A DNA stretch of 49,536 bases, filler included, from Jimgerdemannia flammicorona (lineage: Eukaryota), in assembly GCA_003990765.1 (NCBI GenBank). It is 2 parts of 2 records of this genome, joined end to end, with 100 filler letters (N's around TTAATTAATTAA, not from the genome) between each part and the next. Parts side by side here need not be neighbours in the genome. Positions count along the whole stretch, not along the records: positions 1 to 24,722 come from RBNJ01000936.1; 1 more part is not named here. One strand, 5' to 3'. Positions 12,761-24,822 of the stretch are shown one piece after another; the first letter of the stretch is position 1; each line of letters begins with the position of its first letter. A program made the translations under genes and the position numbers. A model generated the notes under the pieces. The model searched no databases, was not told the DNA's origin, and worked only from the letters and a program-made list of their open reading frames with translations.

Positions 12761-14282
12761 TATAATGATGAGCTAGCAGAAATATATACCAAGTTACTAT
12801 CCAAATTAGTCACTATAATTTAGCTATATACTATATCAAGAATACTAGACAATCAGAACTGCCCTATTGTACCAGCTTATATAAATAATCTAGATAGCCA
12901 AAGAAGGAAACATTATGGGACATTTAAGGTCTCCTTGAGACATTGAAGTTCTCCTCAAGATATTGAAGGTCTTCTTGAGATATTGAAGATCTCTCTAAGA
13001 TTATAAAGATTACCTCTCCTTATAAATAGCAATTTATAGTTAGCCACATAGTAATCAGATTGCAATCAATTTGTATAAAATACCCCAGAGATAAGAGTAA
13101 ATAAACCTTAGTTCAAAAAGTTCAAAAGCAAAAGACAAGTCTGCCTACTATACTTCAAGAGATATATCTACTAAGAACTACTTAATCTTAAAGAAAAAGG
13201 ATTATAATACTTAGGAGAAATGCCCACTCTAAAGCCACTACTAGGAGATTGTGAGTTTACTTTCCAATATAGTCCACTTTCCAATACAAAGAAGTCCACT
13301 ATATTTTTAGTTCACTTGTCAGATAAGTCAGAAAAGAAGAGTCCAAAAGATTGAAATATAAATCAAGTAAAAGCCACTAATATTGTAAGCATTAGTTCTC
13401 TTTTCCCCACTCTGGTCTACTTTCTGATATAAAGAACAAGTTCAAGTTCAAGAGTATTAGCCACCCAAGTTCAAGTAAAGAACTTTGCTATCATTTGAAG
13501 AGAAATCTGCTACTTAAGAAATAAGCTGCCATTTTTAAGAAGTTCTTCTTATCATAAAGCCAGTCTACTAGATGTAACTTTGCAGTAAACTTATTCATAC
13601 AAATGAAGTCAGTCTTTGATATAACTTTGCCAAGAAAAGAATTCACACTATTTAAGAAGTCCACCAATTCAGGATGAATCTACATTATCTGCCATTTTCA
13701 AAAAGTCTGCCAGTATTCCAACACAAAGTCAATCGATTCAATATAATATAACAGTGGAGCCAGTCTATGATATAACCCTATATAAACAAAGCCAGTCTTT
13801 GATATAACTTTGCTAAAAATCTATACTATCTGAGTTATTAAGTTATCTGCCATTTGAGTTATCCACCAAAATGAGTTATCTGCCAAGTCATATAAGGAAA
13901 TCTGCTCACAAGATCATTATACTGAAATCACATAAGGAGCTCATTGTACTATATAGAGATCATCCTATATAAGGAATCTACTCTCACTATATAAGATCAT
14001 TATGCCAGAAATTGTATACTTTAAGAGATTATTGCACTATATAAAGATTGTCTGCTATTACTGATTTACATATTACCACTATACCTAAGAACTGTCTCAA
14101 TAAGAAAATCTGCTAGAATTGACCATTATATCTAGATTTAATTATTATACCACTAAATACTAATAAGAATACCTAGAATTATAGAATATTTTGTTACTTT
14201 TTAACAAAGTAACTGAGGGCTCAAGCTAAACTACATCAACTTTCAATCTTGTAATTTATCTCTATTGAGCTAGCATATTATA
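12761..14282 (+). mobile_element. Solo LTR related to the Gypsy A LTR, termini mutated to TATAAT...ATTATA
   Basis: Shares long blocks with 11215-12449 (TGTATAAAATACCCCAGAGA, TACTTAGGAGAAATGC, AAAGTAACTG.GGGCTCAAGC, CTCTATTGAGCT). No internal coding region; no clear TSD. Confidence 0.8.
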
Positions 14283-15340
14283 TTATATATAATTTAAAAT
14301 ACTAGAACAATTTAAAATATTAAAATATAAACTATTACAAATTTATAAATATATTTATAAAACTAAAAATGATTAAAATAATCTCTAAAATAATTAATAT
14401 TTTATACTATTAAAAAATTAACTTAAATTTTATTTTAGAAATCTAACCAGATTTTTTTTATAATTGATAAAGTAATAAAATATTTATTTAATTGTAATTA
14501 TTTTTAATAAATAATAGTTAAATATTTTTTAGATATATTAAAGAAATAATATAGAAATAGATCAAATAATAAAAATATTTAATATATTTTAATTTTTAGA
14601 ACTATATCTCTTTAAATAATTATTGAAATAAAATATAATCTAATTTTTCAAAAGATATTATATTTTTTTAATTTTTATTTTTATTATTATTATTATTTTT
14701 AATTATTAGTTAAAATATTATTCTAATATTGTTTTTATCTAGACTATTATAAATTTTTATGTTTGTAAAATTAATCATTACTATTCTAATATTTTATATA
14801 ACTCTATTAACCTTAATTATAGCTATAATATATCTTAATATACTTTCAAAATAACTCTAAATAGATAACTATATTGTAAAATTATTAGTTATCTAAAGTA
14901 GTAAAAAATACCTATACTCTTAGAGATTAGAAGGTAATTTGTATCTAAATTATAATTCCAAGCAGCAAAGCTATTCATCATTACCTGTCTATATAGTATC
15001 ATATAGTGAGTACTGAGTTCTTCAAATATGTCAGATTATCTTTAAGATATATCTCTTAGATTAACTATAAGTTTGTTATAAACAAGTTCTTATTAGAGTG
15101 TCTTTCCAAGGTCTTATAGTTCTCAAACTTCTTATCTTTAAACTATCTTATTATCTCTTAGATTACTTATGTAGAATTGAGTATAAGTGAACTGAGGGAA
15201 CTGACTTTATTTTGAAGAAAATGAGAGAGATATTTATACAAAATATAATTTAATAGTTGCTAAGATATAAAGCTAAATATAAATTCTAATAACCAAATAA
15301 ATAAGATACTAAAACACAGAAAACATCAGTCATAAGTACA
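14283..15340. other. Extremely AT-rich degenerate sequence (also 12450-12760)
   Basis: Long stretches almost free of C and G, with no ORFs; flanks the solo LTR on both sides. Confidence 0.75.
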
Positions 15341-15589
15341 AATTTGAGTGCCTGTACAAATGGTTGTACAAGTTCAGATACTGATAGATTTCAGTTATAT
15401 AAGAAATGGATGCCAGAAGATTTAGATGTTCAGATAAATAGTTTTACAAAGAACTCAGAGCAGCATGTTCAGGACTCTGGGGGCTTCATCTTTATCACTA
15501 CTAGAGGTCAGGATGTCTTCAAAGGAAATGAGGTCAGTGAACATTTCATCCATTTCATATATATCATACATTTTGCATACTTCACACAT

Positions 15590-18500
15590 ACATATTACCA
15601 ATTAGTGGGATGACATTATTGCCAATGATGTCATCATATTTGGCAATAGTGAGAAGGAGAGCAAGGAGATCTAGGGCTCTCTAATCTATGACATTCTCTT
15701 CTACAAAATAAGAGACAAATGTGGGGTCTTGGGGAGGTCTAATCTGGATACTGGAGCCTTAGAATACTGAGATCAATCCTTACAGAAATTGATCTGGATT
15801 GTTCTGGAGAATGGGATTCCAGAACTCTTCTACCTTATCACTATTAAGAGTGATAGTAGATTGGGCTTCTATAGCCATTATGGCCTCTAGTGCATTTGTA
15901 TGGCAGGCTGACAATTTCTTGAAGTCTGAGACTCTGGTATACTCTAAGTTGGAGATTGACAATAGTGCATATCTGAAGATCTGGTGAATCTTCTTAGCTT
16001 TCCTTATTTCATCTACATCTATGTGAGTGATATCTTGTATCTCTTGGAGACTAGCCTGAGAGAATTTTTAGTAGAGAAAGTTCTCTATTTCATATTTCTG
16101 CTATATTCAGAGACATTCAATAGTGATGGTATTCCTTATTTCTATTTCATAGTGGTAGAGAATAAAGTGATAAGAGTCACCAGTACCCAGGTTGAGGCTA
16201 GAAGTCTTTTTGGTGCAAGTCCTTATGGCTCTTCTGATGTCTTAGAATATCCTTTCTTAGACTTAGAGGTCTTGGTGGTTCCTGGACCTTGAGGTTTGGC
16301 AGATAGCAGACATTTTTTTTATAGTGAGTCTTTGAACTATTTTGGGATTTTGTGAGTCTTGTTTGAGTTGCTGCTGCTGCAGTTCCTTGGTCCTTCTTTT
16401 ATATTCCTTGAGATATCTATCTTATAGTAATGATGACTCATAGTTGATCATTATTGCTCATCATGTAGCCTGGGTGAGTTATGCCATATGATCTTCTTAT
16501 ACTTCATTCTGGTGACTTATAAGGAAAGGCTGTCTTCTGTAATGATGTCACCATTCTGAGATCACTGTTATATCTTCCTTCTAATAAGGATCTTCTCTTG
16601 AACATTCTTATTCATTGGTCCAGTCTGAAAAATTTGCTAATCCTATAATCTCTGGCAGGGAGTCAAAAAGTGGTATTTTAGGCTGACATCTTTCTTATAT
16701 ATTTTGGCATAATAGTGAATGGTCACTCTCTTCATATAGAGCAAGGGCCTAATTCTGATCTTGATCAATCAGATGATGGTTTGAACTCCTCTGGCTTCAA
16801 AAGTCTCATAGAAAAGTAGTTGCTAGTTCTGTATCTCTCAGAGAATAGTCCAGACAGATTGCCTACTGGTCATGAGACATGCTGTTATGATTCATAGTCT
16901 AGAACCTCATGGGTGGTCATTACCTTTTACTTCTCTTATATAGATTTATGGTACTTCTTGAGTCTGTTCCTGTATACTATAGTAGACAGTATAGTCTCTG
17001 AGAGTTTTCTAAGCCAGAAGTTAGTTCCCTTGATATCTTGCATATAGAAGGGTCCTTTCCATTTGAGCTTCAGTTTTTGTAATCATGAGGCTTTTATCAT
17101 ATTTTGATATAGTAGAACCTTTTCTCTAATTTGAATGGATTCTAGGGCCTTATGATTCTTTTCCACATACTTTTGTATTAGTACTTGTAACTTGATGATA
17201 TAATCTTCTGCCTTCTTCCTGATTTGGTATAGTCTCCAGATTTCTGAGTCAATCTATTGCCAAGTTAGGTCTAGATTTGTGGCTGAGGTTCTATCAGAAT
17301 CTTCTTCTCTGAAGAGTAGTTCTCTTGGGGTAAAGTGTGAACTCTGTGACTGTATATCTCAAAAGACAGAGAGGGCAGTTGAGAAGTAGTTATCCCAATT
17401 CTCATATATTTCTGAGATCTTGGCCAGAATGTTCTTGAGGTCTTTCTGTCTGTCCATTTCCTTGAGGGTGATATATAGTAGTCCTAATGTGCTGAATCTT
17501 ATATTTCTGATATATTATCTTATGGAATCTGTTGACAAATTCTGTACTATGGTCTGTAGTGATTTGCCTCAGTATCATGTAGTGGAAGATGATTTCTCAG
17601 TATAGGAAGTCAGCAATAGAGAGAGCATTGGCTTCTTATAATGCTCCTACTTCTATCTATTTGATAAAGAGGTCTACAATAACTATGATATAGCAGTTTC
17701 CTAATAGAGTTACTAGTAGTGGTCCAATGATGTCCATTATGATATAGTAGAAGGGGATAGATTTGATTCTTGATGACTCAGGTACCTGGTCTTGCTGATC
17801 TTATTTCTGCTTTGGTACTTATCATATCCTTTGACAAATTGGTGCAGGTTTTCTTCCATCTTAGGCCACTATATAGTTATTCTTGCCTTGTCATATGTAT
17901 TGATTCCTCTTAGATATCCTTGTTTATATACTTCCTTCATTACTTGATATTTCTTATGTTTAGATATTATAAGCTTTTTCCCTTTTCTGAGTATAATATT
18001 GTTTAGTTTGAATTATTTCCAAGTTTAATTGATAATAGTAATAGTCCTGAGTTTAAGGTGATTGGGCATCTTTTGCTGCTCAAGATAGCTAATTAATCTA
18101 TAGTATAACTCTTTATTCATTTTGGATAGTCTTGATGGGAGTATTTCGGGATATGTTTGAAAGTGCATCAGTATTGACATTAGTTCTTCCTGAGCAGTGT
18201 TTGACAGTACAGTCATACTCTTGCAGTCTGTAGATCCATCTGATATATATTTCTTTGGGATTCGGAGTGTAGAATAGCTAGGTGAGAGCAGAGTGGTCTG
18301 TTTGAATAGTGAAGTACTTCTCAGCTAGATAGTAGTGAAACTTGTCTACTGCCCAGACTACTGATAAGCATAACTTATAGTTCTGTTCTACTTCATAGAT
18401 ACCTCAGCTTATATAAGAGATGACATATTCATATCTATCTTTCTTCTGAGCTAGTATTGCTCCAAGTCCTATAGTATTTATATCTATCTGCAGGATAAAC

Positions 18501-18969
18501 TCTAGGTTCCAATCTGATCTTCTGTAGATGGGTGCTTGGAGCAACCTGGTCTTGAGTTCATTGAAGGTTTCTTGATATTCTTTGGTCCATTTGAATTTGG
18601 TCTCCTTCTTCAGTAGCTTGTAGATAGATACTACAATATTAGAGTATCCTTTGATAAATCTTCTGTAGTAGGAGGCTAGTCAAAGGAAGGCATGGACTTC
18701 TGTAGTTGTTCTTGGTCTTGGGTAGGCTGCAATAGCCTCAATATTCATGGGGTCCATGTGAATTCTAGTCTGGTTGATGATGTATCCTAGGTAGGTGATT
18801 TCTTGAGCTACATACAAACTTATACTTCTTGAGCTTGATGTAGAGGTCATACTCCTTGAGCTTCTTAAGGGCTAGCTGTATATGGTTGACATATTTCCAT
18901 GTAGTGTTGCTGAAGATGATCACATCATCAACATAGATAAAGAGCCATTTTCTGGTAGTATTCTTCATC
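15590..18969 (-). mobile_element. Ty3/Gypsy LTR retrotransposon B (RT C-part, RNase H, integrase, PPT, 3' LTR with internal ORF), decayed; interrupted by LINE copy 2
   Basis: YVDD at 18924-18935, GL.SYYRRFIKGY, RNase H, integrase (MDIIGPL, KWKGPFY), pol end VYRNRLKKYH near 16940. PPT AGAAGGAAGA at 16582-16573, then TATAAC (from TGTAAC). Far LTR end not resolved. Confidence 0.88.
15780..16313 (-). pseudogene. Accessory ORF (ORF-X family) inside the LTR of Gypsy B
   Basis: ATG at 16313 in a single frame: ...ERIF*DIRRAI...KYEIENFLY...ITHIDVDEIRKAKKIHQIFRYALLSISNLEYTRVSDFKKLS. The stops are consistent with C->T or G->A changes. TATAAAAG at 16403-16396. Confidence 0.65.
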
Positions 18970-21900
18970 ACAATTCACATTACACCAACTTCAAGCAATG
19001 GTTTTTGACACAACTCAGAGAAATGATACTACAAAAATATCATCAAGCAAGAGTTCTGACAGGCATGCTGGGTCAGGTGGACCTGGGGCTTTTGGCTGAT
19101 ATGTAGAATGTGGGGAGGGGTTATGGCCTAGGGATGGGGGCCTTTGGAGGGTTGAAGGATAGAGAGGGCTCTGGAGGTGGACCAGTGTCCAGTGGTGATG
19201 GGAGAAGGCCTGGCCCTCTAAGCTTTGTAGACAAGGTGAAGGAGAGTGGGTGGCTGGCTGGGTCTAGGGCTGGTGCTGCTGAGGGGAAGAACAAGGTGAG
19301 CCTTGGGAGGGGGGGAGATACTCAGGTGGGGGGTGGGAGCATAGGGGCTGGAGGTGCTATAGCTGGAGGTGGGACTGCTGATGGAAGTATGATGGGGAAT
19401 TAGGAAACAAAAAGAGATGTGACAGCTGCTAGCAAAGTGGGGCAGGGATTCCTAATTCAGAAGGGGGACCTGGCTGATGGTGTAATGGGGCTGGTAGTGG
19501 AACCATTACTCAGGAAATCGATCTTAGAGTTTGTGGTGACACTGAGCTTCTGGGGCTTAGCAGTGACAGTAAGGATGGTTCTGGGAATTATCTTGAAGCA
19601 GGTGGCTGAGACCACCTTGGTGAAGTTCCTAAAGGGTCTGAAAGGGATTGAGGTGGGCTTTGAGGATGCAGGTCTGCTGGAGGAAGTATTGAAGACTGGA
19701 GTGGCAGTAGAAGAAGTAGTGGTCCCTATGGTGAAGTGTTTGAGATGGGACCCCAGGGTAGTACAGCTGCTGGTAAAGAGGGTGCCTATAGTGATGACAG
19801 CAGAGACTAGGAGGAGGTGATGGCAGAGTATGGTGACATGGTCAATATTGGGTTCCAGATGTAGGAGGGGACTACTTTCAGAACTGGGGATATTGATGTC
19901 AGGATTAGGCTGGCTGAGAGGGAGGCCACAGAGAAGACAAGTGACTGGTCATTGGTGATGTTGTGGAGAGCCTTCATTTGCAAGGTGTTGAGGGTGAAAA
20001 GGAGTGAGGAGGAGGAGGAGGATCTGTTGGAAGCTCTAGAGGAGATGAGTGGAGCAGTAGAGTGGAGGGCAAAGGCTTGAAGGAGGTATGTGGAGTTGAT
20101 ACATTTGGAGATTGTAGAGGGGAAATATATCTGCATAAACAAGAGGTAGTGGGAGAGGGTCCAGGGGCACAAGAGGCAGAGAGAGCTATTGGTGAGTATG
20201 AAAGAAGAGGTAAAGAAGACTGCAAGTAGGACTGTGGAATCTGAGAGCACTGAAGCTATTGTCTGGACTAGCAAAGGGGGAGGGAATGTGGAGGAGAATC
20301 AGGAGGGAACTAGGAGGATACTGAGTAAGGACCCCTATACAGATGGTATGTTTGAAGTCTGGGAGCAGGATTTGGGGGACACTCACCCTCTTATCAGAAG
20401 GGGCCCAGCTGGAAAAAGAAGAGTGGCAGAGGATGTGCAGATGCAGGGTGCCCAGCAGATATACTTTGGAGTCCCTGACATAGCAAAAGGGGGACAGGTG
20501 GTGGCAGTTAGTGAGAACAAGTTGGTAAATATTCCAGAGGAGGAGTGGGATGAGTTGGCAAGTACTGGAGCTAATACTACAATGTTGGATGCTGGAAGGC
20601 CAGTGATGCCAGAAAGAAAGGAGGTGGGGAACCTACTGTGGATGCACTGTATGATGAATGACTTTGCAGCTGAGGAGCTGGGTGAAGTGGACCTGAGTGT
20701 GGTTCCTGAGGAGCATTGGGCCCAGATCCTACATGGGGATGGAGTAGTGGTGGCTCTAATAGGAGAGATGCTAGCAATTCTTCTGAAGGAGGAGGGGTAT
20801 GAGATTGATAAGGAGAGGGAGGCTGAGCTGGCTGTTGTGGCTGGGGAGCAGGCTGCCTACTGTTGGACAGAGCAGCATGGTCTGAAGCTCTGGCAGGAGG
20901 CCTGTCTGGAATATCATGAGGAATTTGAGGAGAAGGAGGATGGAGTGATGGCTGAACTTCTAGTAGGACTGGAGGTGAAGGAGGCTGCAGAGGAGGAATT
21001 GGCTGCAGAACATGCCTTGAATTTGATGCAGGAAGAGAGGAATGTAGATTTGTAGAATATATACTAGATCTTTCTTCTATACATTATTCCCAATAAATAG
21101 TACAACTAACATTTTTTCTATGAATGTGAATGGGTTAAGGGGATCTGGAAGGTGAAAGAATATTTTTACTTGGCTTAAGGGATTAGAGGCTGATCTCTTT
21201 CTGCTGCAGGATGTGTGCTGTAAGGATGAGAATGATCAGATGGAATGGACTAGAGAATGGGGAGGGGCTACAGCATAGATTGGCAAGGTGGCAATTTTGA
21301 CACAAGGTGGTAAAGGAGACCTAGGTGGAATCAGAAACTGGAGTGACTGTCTGGTATGGGGGGAATGACATCCATCTGAGTGGGAGCCAGTGAAAGTTGG
21401 CTCTTGCTACTGCCCAGCAGCTAGGGGTGAGAGGATTATATGAGTCAAGGGTCTGTTAGAAGAGGGTGCACTCTTGGAGGAAGGTATGGATGTTCTGAGA
21501 GGGGACTTCAATATGGTGTGGAATCCTCATTTAGATCAAATGGATAGAGGGAGAAATGCAGGTGGGAGGAGTGGTGGCCTAAATGCATGGGAGGAGATGG
21601 AGACCCTCAGCTCATTAGAGGATATGGGCAGAGCATAGTGGGGGGATAGGAGGATCTATACACACTGGGTGAATGGACTTGGTACATGGATTGACTGGAT
21701 CCTGACATCTGAATACTGGAGACTGAATGTTTGGAAGTTACTGGAGGTAGAGTATTGCTCATGGTCTGATCACTGGGGCATTTTGGGGCAGGGGTAGTTT
21801 GGGGGGAGTGGAGATAGACCCAGACATTAGCATCTTAACTCCTCTCTGCTAGCAGAGAAAGTTTGGTGGGACCCTTGGGTGGAGGACATCCAGACAGAGA

Positions 21901-24722
21901 TTGCTGACTGGAAATGTGAGGGTTTGCTGGTTGGTGTCCAATGGTTGAAGTTGAAAGAGACTGTAAGGGTTTATTGAGGAGGGGCTGGCAGAGAGGTAGG
22001 GAAGCAGAGAAGAAAAAGGGTGTGGTGTGCTCTCAACCAGTTGTTTAGATTGCAGATAGAATGGGCTGATTTATTAAACTCTGATGAGGTCATTGATTGG
22101 AGGTTGGTATGGACAAAATTGGAGATGACAGAGCTATAACAGGTGTTGAGAGAGGAGGAGGAGATGCATATGAGAGGAATGGTAGCTAGACTGCGGTGGC
22201 AGAGACTTGAGGAGGGGGAGAGGCCTACTAGGTACTTGTCATTACTTCTTTAGGCTAGGAGGATATAGCATTGTTGGGATAGGGTCCTGGATGCAGATGG
22301 AGAAATGGTACATGGTATGCATCAGATCTTGGGAGTACTGAAGGAGCAGTTGTGAGGTCTGTAGAGTGAGGAGAAAGGAGGGATTGATGAGGAGGCAATT
22401 GGTGACATACTTGAGGATTGGAAACCACTACTGGTAGAGGGCCTGGATGATTTGATCCTACCAGTCTAAGAGGAGGAGATTCAGAGAGTCCTTACTGAAA
22501 CCAAGCTTGGGATGGTACTAGGTGAGGATGGGTTACCTTGGGACTTTTGAAAGAAGATGGTGAAGGTGCCTGGGGTTTTAGGGGAGATGGCCACTCTCTT
22601 GACCATGTTCTTCTGAATGGCAAGTAGATTGGCAAGCAGGACTTGGGGTTGGTGGCCTTGTTGTACAAAGATAAGGAGAGGAGGGAAGACTAGAAGAACT
22701 GGAGACCAATTATACTTCTGGATATGGACAGGAAGATGGTGACCAAGGTGATCATGGTGAGGTTACAGAGGATTGCCCAACAGGTGCTGGGTGAGGAGCA
22801 GTGGGGCTTTGTTGGAGGCCAGCTTATTTGAGATGGTACAGCCTGGGTCTATGGCATCATTGAAGAAGCATGGGCCTGTGTATTGGATGGCAGACTGGTC
22901 TTCTTAGACCAGGAGAAGGCCTATGACTACATTCAGCAGATATGGCTAGGCAAGGTGCTGGATAGAATTGATGTTCCACTATATTTTTGGGGTTCTGTGT
23001 TGAGTTTATTAGAGGGTAGTTGAGCAGCACTATTGTGTAATAGATACCAGGGTCTGGTATTTCTCTTGGAGAGAGGAGTTCCTCAGAGGGACCTACTGTC
23101 CCCTATCCTTTATGCCCTCTTATTAGAGCTTTGATAGATAGGATATGATGGAAGGTAGCAGGGCTCTCTGTGTATAGTGTGGTGTGGAAGGTGGGGGGGG
23201 CCTTTGCAGATGATATGGTAGTTGGTCTTAGCTCAGTGGCTGATGTTGCAGTACTTTAGAAGACAGTGGAATGGTATGAGGTACATTCTGGGGTGAAACT
23301 CAACTGGTATAAGTGTGAGACAATGGTACTGGGGAACAGGCTGGTGGGTGGGGACATCATTGGAACAATTGTCCCTATAGGGGAGGTAGTGAGGTATTTG
23401 GGCATCTTCCTTTATATGTATGGTTCTGTCCTACTACAAGAGTGGTGGAAAAGGAGAGTGGCCATTTGAGGGGAGATGCTTAGGGGCTGGGGAGGTCACC
23501 ACATCTCCCTAGCTAGCTGGGTGTTGATTCTGAATATCTACTGGTTCCCTAAGCTATGGTATATTGCTTATCACTTGGATTTTCCAGCTTGGGTGGTGAA
23601 GAGACTGATGAAGCTGGCTAGAGACTGGATTTGGACAGGGAAGTGGGCCCAGATTGGTTGGGACACCCTAGCTATGCCAGTGGTTCAGGGAGGGCTAGGT
23701 CTAGTGGACCTTCCTAAGAGGCTGCACTGCTTACAAGCATGGTGGTTGAAAAGAGCTATTGAGTTACAGGGGAGGGGATGGATGCTGCTGATGTAGAAGG
23801 TGTGAGAGATGAGTTCTCCCCATAGAGATCCTCAGAAGATTTGCTATCTCTGGTAGGGCTGGATAGTAGCTGCTGGCTATAGTATAAGAGTTTCTGGTGG
23901 AGAGTGGTAGATGGAGCACACCACATAGGCCTCCACTGGCATAACAATGAGAGGGAGATGTTGTGGGGTCCAGCTATGTAGCAGTGGGACAGATTGCTTC
24001 TGGGGGGTGTTCTGCTTACTGAGTTTAATATTAGACATGGTGTCAAGTATCATCAGGGTCTTGGTCAGGATCTTTGGTCAAGTGGGTGGCAGGTGGTGGG
24101 GATTGGAGAGGAGTGGGACTGGGCAGGAGTCTGGTCATGGAGTGCTGTGGTGCAGAAATGGCTTCCTCCCAAGTTCTGAGTGGTCTAGTAGCAGATGCTG
24201 CAAAGGAATATCATGTTGAATTTCTGTGCTGGACATCTGGTGGATGGTGGCCATTATGATTGTAAGGAGTGTTACAATGTCAGACAAGATGGGGGTTATA
24301 TATAGACACCAGAATATTGTTTGGGGTAGTGTGAGGTTTTGGGGGACTTTTGGATAGCCATAGGTGACAGGCTGGGTGTGGCAAAGAGGTTGGATGGTGA
24401 GAGGGGTCACTGAGAGGATTTGAAAGCTAGGTTGGTGGGTGTGGGCAATGGGTGGCTCACTGTAGAGTGGGTTTTAGCAGTATAGGTAGGGCTGGCAGAA
24501 CATTGGCTCTTTGTTTTTGAGGAGGAGTAACAGATGGGAATGCAGGAGAAGTTATTGAGATGAGAGGGGTTGATGAGTGATCTGCTGACTAGATGGTGGA
24601 TTAGTTGGGGTCCCCAGGGTGGGTGACATCACTATCTGGTGGAAGGGATATGTGAACAAAGTAGTGGGCAGGTAGTGATGGTTAATGACAAAGTGGTCTT
24701 TCATTGGGAGGGGGTGGAGGGG
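18970..24722 (+). mobile_element. L1/Tx1-clade LINE copy 2, 5'-complete, decayed; 3' end lost in the gap
   Basis: Colinear with copy 1 (ORF1 18998-21055; ORF2 from ~21093 with EN and RT motifs). Inserted in the RT of Gypsy B. Confidence 0.93.
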
Positions 24723-24822
24723 NNNNNNNNNNNNNNNNNNNNNNNNNNNNNNNNNNNNNNNNNNNNTTAATTAATTAANNNNNNNNNNNNNNNNNNNNNN
24801 NNNNNNNNNNNNNNNNNNNNNN
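24723..24822. other. Assembly gap / artificial linker N44-TTAATTAATTAA-N44
   Basis: Exactly 100 bp with a six-frame stop linker in the middle. Confidence 0.97.

Noticed and set aside
24767..24778. TTAATTAATTAA palindrome as a biological site
   Set aside because: Centred within N runs; an assembly linker.
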